Source: Anaeramoeba ignava BMAN (taxonomy: Eukaryota; Protista; Anaeramoebae). From it: a stretch of 64,000 nucleotides of DNA. Every line of letters begins with the position of its first letter. Within the stretch, counting starts at the first letter, position 1. The position numbers and the translations under genes were made by a program. The notes under the pieces are model-generated. The model made no database searches, was not told where the DNA came from, and worked only from the letters and a program-made list of their open reading frames with translations. The stretch spans positions 248,001 through 312,000 of the forward strand of contig JAPDFW010000054.1 of the NCBI GenBank assembly GCA_028826165.1. Reading direction: 5' to 3'. Of this stretch, positions 13,342 to 24,300 are shown in pieces.

Positions 13342-15761
13342 TTATTGACACAATAAGAGTAAATGTAAAATCAATAAATGCTTATTTAAAGGATTATTTC
13401 GAATTTTCATCAAAAGATCAATTACTCTAAAATTTCCAAATGTAATTTGATTAAAAATTTTTTTATGAGTTTCTGGTTGAAAATCAAGTTCTGCAAGAAT
13501 TTGATAAGCAGTCATCATTAAATCTCCAGTATCATCTTGTTCAAGAACAATTGTGTCATCATCTGAATAAGTTACTAAATAAGGATGATAAAACTTATTA
13601 TGAGAATGAAAATGAGAATGAGAATGTTTTTTTGATTTTCTTCTTTTTCTTTTATATTTTTCTTTATGTTTATTTTTTTTATCTTTTTTATTTTTCTTTT
13701 TTTTCTTTTCTTTTGATAAGGATTCATCATCACTATCTTCTGAACTAGTATTTGAACTTAAACTTGAACTTGTTGAAGACAATTTGTGATTTCGATATTT
13801 TTTACGATTTTTTCTTTTCTTTTTTCTTTTTTGTGATCTTAATTTTCTTATTTGAGATTTTTTAGGAAATTCTACATTTTGATTTGAAGAATAATTTTTT
13901 GAATAATCACTTGATTCATCACTTGATTTTGGATTATCGTTTTCTTTCTCATTTACATTTGCATTTACATTTAGATTTACATTTTCATTTTCATTTTCAT
14001 TCTCATTTTCATTTTCATAATCATAATCATAATCATTTAATTGAGGTCCCCATTCAGATAAACCATAAGTAGCTGTATTTCTATTGTAAGTAAATCCATG
14101 TTTTTGATAATTTGAAGGGAGAATAAATCTACCAAAATTACTTGATCTTGTGTTTTGAGGATAAGCATCTTGATAGCATTCCCAAATTTCAGGATAAAGT
14201 TCTTGTGCCTTTTTGATTATTTTCATTCTTGGAATTGGTTTTCCATATGATCTAATTGCTTCTTGTCCATAAATCCATCCTGGTTTACGAACAATATTTC
14301 TTTGTGCAAGTAATTGAATGAGTAAACTTCCTCCAGATATTTTTTTATGTTTATTCCCTTTATTTTTGGTGTTTTTTGATTTTTCTTTTTCTTTTGATTT
14401 TTCTTTTTCTTTTGATTTTTCTTTTTCTTCTGATTTTGATTCTTCTTTTGATTTTGATTTTGATTCTTCTTTAATTAATTTGGATTCACTTGATTTGGAT
14501 TCGATTGATTTTTCCTCATTTAATTTGTTTTCATTTTCCTCATTTGAGTTAGATTCTTCAATTTCATTTTGTGTATCTAATTCACTTTGATGATAGGCTT
14601 CATTAAGTGAATATCTTAATGTTTTACTATCAAAAATAAATCTTGGCTCTTTTGAATTTCCCTTTTGCAAAAGTAAATTACCAAAATTGGTTTTTGCAAC
14701 TGATTCAGGATATATTTTTTTGTAACAATTCCAAATAGCTGGGAATTTTTGGATCGCAATTTTCACAATTTCTTTTTTTGTTAATGATTTTTTTTGTTCT
14801 TGTAAAATTTTAGCTCCATAAATATAACCTTTTTCTCTTTTAGGAACATGAACATTCAAAAGTGCCTTGAGTTTTTTTGCTGGAGTATCTTTTTGCCGAT
14901 GTTTGTTTTTCTTTTTTGAATCATTTTGACTTTGTTCTTGGGATTTTGAGTTGCGATCATCTGAACTAACATCAATTTTCATTTCTTGAATTGATTGAAT
15001 ATTTGTATTGTAATCATCGTTATAATTTTCATTGATATTTTCGTTATTGTTTTCGTTATTGTTTTCTTTTTCACTTGAATTTGATTCGAAATCAGATTGA
15101 TAAGTTAAGTTTGGATTTTTTTTTTGTTGTTTTTCTTCTTCTTGTTGTTGTTGTTGTTGTTGGATTTGAACAAATTGATTTTCATCTTCATTATTACTTA
15201 TATAAATATTATCATAATCATTTCCATTAAATACTTGATTTTCTTCACTTTGTAATTCAGAATCATGTTTTCTTTTATGCTTTTCTTTGTGTTTCCTTTC
15301 TTTTGAATGTTTTGATTTGGTTTTTTTTCTATTCTTTTTTCTTTTTTTATTTTTACTCTTTTCAGAATTATTATGATTTGGTTTGGTTTTGATTGTTTGT
15401 TCGTCTTGATTTGAAAAGAGATGGATTAAAGAAAATGTTTAAGATTAGTCTTAATATTATTATTTGGATTTTGAAAATGATTTCAATTTCAATTTTAATT
15501 TGATTTTTATTGATTTAAAAAATATTTAATTCAAAAAAGAAATGAAAAAAAACAAAATCATAAATTGAAATGAATTCAAATATTAAATCATTTTAATCAT
15601 TTATTTATTAAAAGAAATTAAATAATAATAATATTAATATTAATATTAATTATTTATTTTGGAAATTTATAAAAAAAATCAATTTTGTAAATTTTTGATT
15701 TGTTTGTATTTTCTTTTTAAATCATTAATTTACCAATTTCAGATTCATACGCTTTATCCAT
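13342..15761 (-). CDS. Lys/Ser-rich putative nuclear protein with two internal winged-helix-like repeats; intron 15733-15405
   Basis: ATG 15761, GTAAAT donor and AAG acceptor in frame with ORF 13342-14982 (420 nt offset). Two ~75-aa repeats (KGYIYGAKILQE.../PGWIYGQEAIRS...). NLS-like basic runs. Confidence 0.65.
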
Positions 15762-16139
15762 TTTATTAAATAAAATCAATTACTTTTTTATTGAAACGAA
15801 ATCAAAATATTTTTAAAATATGATAAAAAAAAAATGAAAAACTTGATTTTTTTGAATCAAAAAAAAAAAATGAAAAAAAAAATCAAAAAAAAAACAAAAA
15901 CTAAATCAATCTTAAATCATTTTAAAATCAATCTTAAATCAATCTTAAATCAAAAAGTTTAAAAATTGTTTATTTTTTAAAAATTAATTTAATCCAAAAA
16001 AAAAAAAAATAAAATAAAAAACAAAAATATAATTCAGTCTAATTTATAATTTTGATCTTAATTTTGATCTTAATTTTAATTGATTTTAATTTTAATTTTA
16101 ATTTTGATCTTAATTTTAATTTTGATTTTAATTTTAATT

Positions 16140-18613
16140 TTAATTAATTTTTTCCATTTCAATGTTTAACAATTGTTCTTTTTCATCTTTAGTTTTAGAA
16201 TGAGAAAGAAACCAAATAAGATGATTTAAACGGTAAATTAATAAAATAACTGATAAAATAACAAAAATTAAGAAAGTTTTTGTATATCCAAAACTTGTTT
16301 TTTGAATTAAAATTCCAGGCACTAAATACCCAATACATTGAGAAAAACTTAATAATCCAACATCAATTCCAATCATTCTTCCAACAAAATTCGATGGGAA
16401 ATTTGTTTGAATTAAAACATTTGTATAAATCCATACTAAACCTGAAGCCGAAGATAAAACTAAAATTGAGACAAAAAAGACCCAAGCTGAATTAACAATA
16501 TTTGCAATAAAACCAATAGAAGTTCCAATAACCAAAATACAATTTGAAATAAAAAGAGTAATCCAACAAGTTTTTTGTGTTCCACTCCCAGTAAATTTTT
16601 GAGAAATAACTAAAAAAAAAATAATGTTTTTTTATTTTTGAATAAATATTTTGGAAACTTATAATATTCTTTTCTTTCAATTTAAATTTTTACAAGCTGT
16701 AAGAATTAATCCCAGTGCATCTATTGAATAAAATAATCCAACAGTAAAAGCTCCATCTCCTTTTAATGGATATTTTGTTTTTACAATTAATAAAGTCATT
16801 ACAAAAATACCAGACCAAATCATATATTGTTCAAATTTAACTGTAATCATGAAAATTAAAGATTTATTTTTGCGAAGATAACGGATTCCATCATTAAATG
16901 TAACTTTTCCTTTTTTATTTTTTTCATTTTCGTTTTTATTTTCGTTTTTATTTTTCTTTTCAGTTTCAATTTCAGTTTCAATTTTAATTTCAATTTCAAT
17001 TTGATTTTCATCTTGATTTTGATTTTCAATTTCATTTTCATTTTGATTTTGATTTTGATTTTGATTTTGATTTTGATTTTGAATTTGATTTTGATTTTGA
17101 TTTTCATCTTTATTTTCATTTTCATCTTGATTTTGATTTTCATTTTGATTTTGATTTTCATCTTTAATTTCATTTTCATCTTTATTTTGAATTTGATTTT
17201 GATTTTGATTTTCATCTTTATTTTCATCTTTAATTTCATTTTCATTTTCATCTTTATTTTGATTTTCATCTTTATTTTGAATTTGATTTTGATTTTGATT
17301 TTGATTTTGAATTAGATTTTGATTTTGATTTTGATTTTGATTTTGATTTTGATTTTGATTTTGATTTTGATTTTGATTTTGATTTTGATTTTGATTTTGA
17401 TTTTGATTTTGATTTTGATTTTCTAAATCTGTATTAAATTCTTTTTGATTTTCATTTTGAATTTGCATTTCAATTTCGTTTTTGTTTTTGTTTTTGTTTT
17501 TGTTTTTGTTTTTGTTTTTGTTTTTGTTTTCATTTTCATCTTCATTTTCAATTTCAAAATATTCAAAATTTTCTTTTGATTTATCGTTATTGATTTGATT
17601 AGAGGAACTTATGGTTTGGTTTTTTGTTTTTTTTTGATAACGTAAACTTAAAAAAACACAAATCACAGATAAAATATAACTTCCTGAATCGATTATAAAT
17701 GATAAAATAACACCTCCTTCTCCTACACTTAAACCTCCCAAAGCAGAACTCATAAAATACATAAATGAATATGTTGCTGTATCAAGTGCTATTTTATCAA
17801 ATTTTTATCATCATTATTTAAATAATAAAATAATAATAATAAAATAATAAGAAGAATAAGAAAAAAATGAATAAATTTTTTTTTTGGAAATAATTATCAA
17901 TCAAGTACTATCTGCAAGAACTGATTCTTCTTTTGTAACAACATCACAAACAACTGCAATTCTTGCAGGTAAAAAAAAAGAAGAAGCAGAAAATTGAACG
18001 GAAACAATTAAGAAAAAAAGATAAATATTTGGATGTTTATCAATAACAATATAGAATAAAACAACTACAGATCTAAATATATCACAAAAAATCATTATTA
18101 AATTCTTATTAAATTTATCAATAACCTTTTTGATTTTTGAATTATAAATAAAAAGTGGAATAAAAAATCAATTTAATTTTTAAATTTGATTTTGAATTAT
18201 AAATAAAAAGTGGAATAAAAAGTGGAATAAAAAATCAATTTAATTTTGGAATTTGTTTTTGAATTATAAATAAAAAGTGGAATTAATTTTGAATTTGATT
18301 TTGGAATTTGATTTTTAAATTTGATTTTAAATTTGATTTTGAATTTTGTTTTTAATTTTGATTTTTAAATTTGATTTTTAAATTTGATTTTAATTTTAAA
18401 TTTATTTACAGGTCCAGTTATTGGAATTAAATAAAGAGAAGGTGCAACTTTGAAAACATAAAGAAGACTTAATATTAATTGTGAATTTTTTATTTTTGTT
18501 GCAATTATAATTGTTGCTACATCTGTAAACCAATCTCCAAATTGAGAAATTACAAATGCCAACCAAATCCAGAAATATTGTTTATTTTTTCTAAGAAGTT
18601 GTAAAAATCCCAT
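16140..18613 (-). CDS. Major facilitator superfamily transporter with a large NQ/NE low-complexity central loop; introns 18409-18126, 17908-17789, 16693-16610; probable frameshift near 16550
   Basis: ISQFGDWF, GPVIDKFNK, IFCDIFR, FFLPARIAVV and GRMIG are MFS (DHA3/MFS_3-like) motifs. Multiple TM helices; introns restore the frame. Confidence 0.8.
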
Positions 18614-18701
18614 TTAATATTAATTAAATTTTATTATTTACAAAAAGAAAAAAATGATTTTAAAAAAAAAAATTTTTTTATTTTTTAGATTTTTTTTTTT
18701 G

Positions 18702-18709
18702 TGACGTCA
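18702..18709. promoter_or_regulatory. Perfect CRE palindrome TGACGTCA ~90 bp upstream of the MFS start
   Basis: GC-containing palindrome in an otherwise nearly pure A/T spacer. Confidence 0.4.
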
Positions 18710-18724
18710 TAAAGATTACTAAAT

Positions 18725-19165
18725 TTATTTTGTTAAAAAAAAGATTTAAATTACTTAATTAATTAAATAAATAAATTTTATTTCCACTTTATTTCCAATT
18801 TTTTTCCACTTTATTTCTATTTCCACTTTATTTCCACTTTATTTCCACTTTTTCTTTTTAATGTCAATTTTGTTTTTTTATTTTGTTAAAAAAAAGATTT
18901 AAATTAATTGATTAAATAAATAAATTTTATTTCCAATTTATTTCCAATTTATTTCCACTTTATTTCCAATTTATTTCCACTTTTTCTTTTTAATGTCAAT
19001 TTTGTTTTTTTATTTTGTTAAAAAAAAGATTTAAATTACTTAATTGATTAAATAAATAAATTTTATTTCCATTTTATTTCCAATTTATTTCCACTTTATT
19101 TCCATTTTATTTCCACTTTTTCTTTTTAATGTCAATTTTGTTTTTTTATTTTGTTAAAAAAAAAT
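18725..19165. repeat. ~135-150 bp tandem repeat (about 3.3 copies) containing multiple TTCCACTTT motifs, in the divergent MFS/tubulin spacer
   Basis: TGTTAAAAAAAAGATTTAAATT starts near 18731, 18884 and 19016, with a partial copy near 19152. Confidence 0.85.
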
Positions 19166-19319
19166 GTCAAAGTCAATTTTAGTTTTTTTAATTTTTTTTT
19201 TTGATCGAAATATTTAAGGAAAAGATCAGAACAAAAAAGATCATTCTTTTCTTTTTTTTTTTCTTTTCATTTCTTTTTTTTAAAAAAATAAAATTTATAA
19301 ATAAATTTAAATAAAAATA

Positions 19320-21173
19320 ATGAGAGAAATAGTTCATTTACAAGTAGGACAATGTGGAAATCAAATAGGAGCAAAATTTTGGGAAGTAATTTCGAATGAA
19401 CATGGAATTGATCCAACAGGAGTTTATAATGGAGATAATCAATTACAATTAGATAGAATTAATGTATATTATAATGAAGCAATTGGAGGTAAAAAAAAAC
19501 AAAAAACATTTAATTATATTTAAATATTGATTTAATTTTGATTTGATTTAATTTTGATTTTAATTTGAATATTTGATTTGATTTAATTTTGATTTTGATT
19601 TTAATTTTAATTTGATTTGATTATATTTAAATTTAATTTTGATTTGGATTTGATTTGAATATTTGATTTTGATTTTGATTTAATTTAATTTTAATTTTAA
19701 TTTTGATTTAATTTTGATTTATATTTATTTTGATTTGATTTGTTTTGAATTTAAATTTGATTTGTTTTGTATTCTTTAGGAAAATATGTTCCAAGAGCTA
19801 TTCTTATTGATCTTGAACCTGGAACAATGGATGCTGTTCGTGCTGGACCTTATGGTCAATTATTTAGACCTGATAACTTTGTTTTTGGAAGATCAGGAGC
19901 TGGAAATAATTGGGCAAAAGGACATTACACAGAAGGAGCTGAATTAATTGATAATGTTCTTGATACAGTTAGAAAGGAATCAGAATCATGTGATTGTTTA
20001 CAAGGATTTCAAATTGCTCATTCTCTTGGAGGAGGAACTGGTTCAGGATTTGGTACTTTGTTGTTATCAAAAATTAAAGAAGAATATCCTGATAGAATGA
20101 TTGCTACTTTTTCAGTTGTTCCTTCTCCTAAAGTTTCTGATACTGTTGTTGAACCTTATAATGCAACTCTATCTGTTCATCAACTTGTTGAAAATGCTGA
20201 TTCTGTAATGTGTATTGATAATGAAGCTCTTTATGATATTTGCACAAAAACATTGAAGTTATCAAGTCCATCATATGGAGATTTAAATCATTTAGTATCA
20301 TCAGTAATGAGTGGAATTACATCTTGTTTAAGATTTCCAGGTAAAGAATTTTTTTGGAATTTTTTTGGAATTTTTTTGGAATTTTTAAATTAATTTTTCA
20401 AAAAAATAGGTCAATTAAATTCAGATCTGAGAAAATTGGCTGTCAATCTTGTTCCTTTCCCAAGACTTCATTTCTTCTTAATTGGATTCGCTCCTCTTTC
20501 TAGTAGAACTTCAATCGGTTACAAATCTTTAACTATTCCTGAATTAACTCAACAAGCATTTGATCCAAAAAATATGATGGCTGCAACTGATCCAAGACAT
20601 GGAAAATACTTAACAGCTTCATTAATGTTTAGAGGGAAAATGAGCACAAAACAAGTGGAAGATAACTTGATGAATGTTCTCAATAAAAACTCAAGTTATT
20701 TTGTTGAATGGATCCCAAATAACATAAAAAGCACAGTTTGTGATATTCCTCCAAAAGGACACAGATTAAGTGCAACTTTCCTTGGAAATTCAACTTCCAT
20801 TCAGGAATTATTCAAAAGATTTGGAGACCAATTCAAAGTTATGTTTAAAAGAAAAGCTTTTTTGCATTGGTATTTGGGAGAAGGAATGGATGAAATGGAA
20901 TTTAATGAAGCAGAAAATAACATGACAGATCTTGTCAATGAATATCAACAATATCAAGATGCTACTATTGATGATGAAATGGGATTGGAACAAAATGGAG
21001 ATCAAGATGAAATGATGAATGATGATGATAATGATTTTGATAATGATAATGATAATGGTTTTGATAATGATGATGATAATGATTTAGTTGGTGATCAAGA
21101 TGAGAATTTTGCAATGAAAGAAAGTTTAATGAATGATGGAGATCAAATAGAAAATGAAATTGGAGATTTTTAA
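19320..21173 (+). CDS. TUBB: Divergent beta-tubulin, 497 aa; introns 19489-19779 and 20341-20409
   Basis: [32 protein letters not shown] and RKAFLHWY; spliced length 1494 nt. Confidence 0.97.
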
Positions 21174-21391
21174 AAAGAAAAAACAAAACAAAACAATTTA
21201 GAATTTTTTTCTTTTGCTTCTTTTGTTCTCAAAAAAAAAATGGAAATAAAAAAGAAAAATTGGATTGTTTTTTTTTTTTGAATATTCAATTTAATTAAGG
21301 AAAAAAAAAATTGGTATGTTTTTATTCTTGATTCATTCTAATATTTAATAATAATAATAATAATATTAATATTATTCAATTTTAATTAGTT

Positions 21392-24300
21392 TTATTTTCT
21401 GGTAATTTGTGGACTTGAAACATCCTTTTTCTTAGAATCTTTTTTCTTGCGATGTGTAAAATATCCAACAAACAATTTGGAATTTTCAAAAAGTGCAATA
21501 AGATAACTTTCAGAATCATTAAGAGCAATAAAATTAACAGGATTTTTCAAATCAAAGGATTCAACAAGTCTAAGATCATGAAGACGTCTTATGTGGATAA
21601 AACCTTGCTTTCCACCAGTAATCAAAAAGCGACTGTTTTTCGTGATAGTCCAACAATAAAGAATTTGGGAAGAAGAAACCTCCTTAAGAAACTGACCATT
21701 TATGGAATACAACCGAATAGACATATCTTGTTCTGAAAATGTGACAATATCAGAATCAGGAGAGATCTTAACCATTGAGAAAGCATGAGAGGTTGGGGAA
21801 TGGATAGTGCGCACGTATTTTCCGCTACGAAGCGTATATATGATGCAAGTTCCATCTTTTGAACCGCTGACAACAACATCGAATTCGGGACTGAAATCAA
21901 CACAGGTCACCTCGTCATCATGTCCAGAAAGAACATGAGTGGGAGTTGTATTCACAAGATCTTTTGAATTCAACGACCAAACAATTGTTGTTGTATCTTT
22001 GGATCCTGTCACAAGAACAGAACCCACAAAGGCTAGACAAGTAACAATATTGCTGTGCTTTACAATGCTTTGGGTTGTTTCCATTGATTGAACATTTGTG
22101 ATCTTGAAGCTGTTATCCCAATATCCACAACTGGCAAGAAGTGATCCAGAAAGTGCGAAAATTCCTGATAGTTTTTCAAGTGTTTTTGAGAAGGAAACAC
22201 CAATCGGTGCGCGTTTAAGTGCTGTTTGATCCTCTTCGAAAAAAAAAGGAGTTGATCCACCAAGAGGTTTTGAAGCCATCCATTTGTGTCCAGAAATACG
22301 GCGGGAAAAATCAACGGAAATGATTTTATCTGAAGCGCCAATGAAAGCAACAATTTCGGGGTTTTCGGCAAAGGAAAGAAAAATGGGAGGGTTGCTTTGG
22401 AGATTGATAATGAAAGGAGTAAAACGCAAATGGTTAATTTTTGGATCCCAATGCGAATCGCGGAGAGGAGCCTGTTCAAACGGAAGACGAGCAGGATGTG
22501 GTTTTGTGAAAAGTTGGAGTGGGGTTTGTCCGTAGTATTCTATCTCAGCCTCTAGCGCTGGTATCTGTGATTCTGGTGTTTTTTCATAATTCACAAGATG
22601 CTGATAAGTTGAGTAGCGGAATATATTGTAGGATTTTTCTGCTTGTTTTCCTTTTTGTTTGTAACCGAAAATAAGATCGATCCAATGATGCAAGTTCAGA
22701 GACACATGCTCGCTTTCCAAAGCATCTCTATTGATGCGAACAAAGTCTCTTGGAGATTTAGCCCAAGGTGGAAGCTCAACAATCCCAATATCTTTTCCTG
22801 TTTGCAACTTTCCCAAATTGAAGTTATTTGGATTCTCCAAAAATTCGGGAAGATAGAAAAATTCAGGGATCAATTCCTTAACATCGCTGGTGCCTGTCAT
22901 GCAGTTACTCCATGCTCTTTCAATTGAGCTAAATATACGGTCTGCCTTGTCGAACTTGCCGCCTTGAAAACGGACAGAGTATGTTGTGAACGGTTCCATC
23001 CGGATAAGGAAAGAAACAACAATGTTTGAGTTCGAATAATGTGTTCCATAAAGAAATGGAATCTCGTCTTTAGGAAATGAACGGTAACGCTGCAGAAATG
23101 AATCGAGTCTCTCCTGATCCATTGCGCCAATGGGCTTTGTTAGATCCCGATAAGACTCTGGGTTTGAGAGATCAAGTTTCTCGGATTTGTAGTCTGAAAG
23201 AATCCATGGGAAAACAGGATATTGAGAGATGTCATTGTAAGTTCGTCCCGAAAGTGTGTTCAATTGCATCAAGTATTCGAAATTGGATACCTCTCTGCGC
23301 TTCCATCTGCGAGTCAATTGTGCCCGATGAAGCTCAGAAATTCCATCGCGGATGCACTTCAAATTACGTATTTTACCGTCTCTTCTCAACTTGCAAGTGG
23401 ATATGATTGTGTCAGCAATACGCCCTCTTTCGCTCGTTGTTTCAAAGTTGAAAAACATGTTAGTTGAATCGGCAAAAAATATTTCAAGAGCGGTGTTTCG
23501 ATGTAAGTGGCGACGGAAAGACATGCTGATAATGCTCTGCAGATCCCATGAATAGTCTTTGTCTCGATAATCTTCTCTTGGTAATGCAAGATCAAAAATG
23601 CGTGCGTGATCAACAAAGAAATTCAATGAAAGATTTGTGATCTCAATAACGCCTGGTGTTCTTTTCAAAGGAGATATCAACTGACAAGAAACTTGGGTAA
23701 TTGTGATTTCTTCAACCTGCAGTTTCTCCTCCATTTTTCTTTCTATTTGAGGATCAATAACAGTATTATTGTTGCTGTTGCTGTTGCTGTCATCGTTTTC
23801 GATGTCGTTATCTGCATCTGGATCGTTATTTGGGTTGCTACTATTTGGGTTTTTATTTGCCGAGCGAAAATTCCCATCTTGATCGAAATCTTGATCTTTG
23901 TCAAGATCACCACTGTCATATACTTGTTCAAGTGCAGTCATCCTTTCCTTTGCCTGTTTTGCAAGTTTGCTTTGCATCTCAGCAACAAGTTGTTCAGCAA
24001 TGCGCGGTACACCTTCATCACGGCGAATTGATGCTTCATAGTGCTCGTTGAATTTGTAGTTGACACAAAGCTTCAATCGACGGCGCAAACTGTCTTCTGT
24101 TTTGTCTAATTTCCAGTGAATCTGTTTGCGCTTTTGTGGATCCTTATCATGCAAAGATACACCCCAAGGTCCGCGACCGATATCCAATTCGCGAAGAATA
24201 AGCCTACTTTCTTGTCCAATTAATCGCACTCCTCGATTTTTATGCTCTTCTTGTTTCTCCAAATTGTTTCTTTGGTTTTCAACAAGATCTGCAAGTTCTG

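Noticed and set aside
18725-19165. Spaced repeats resembling a CRISPR array
   Set aside because: Whole units are duplicated with no unique spacers, there are no cas genes, and the context is eukaryotic.
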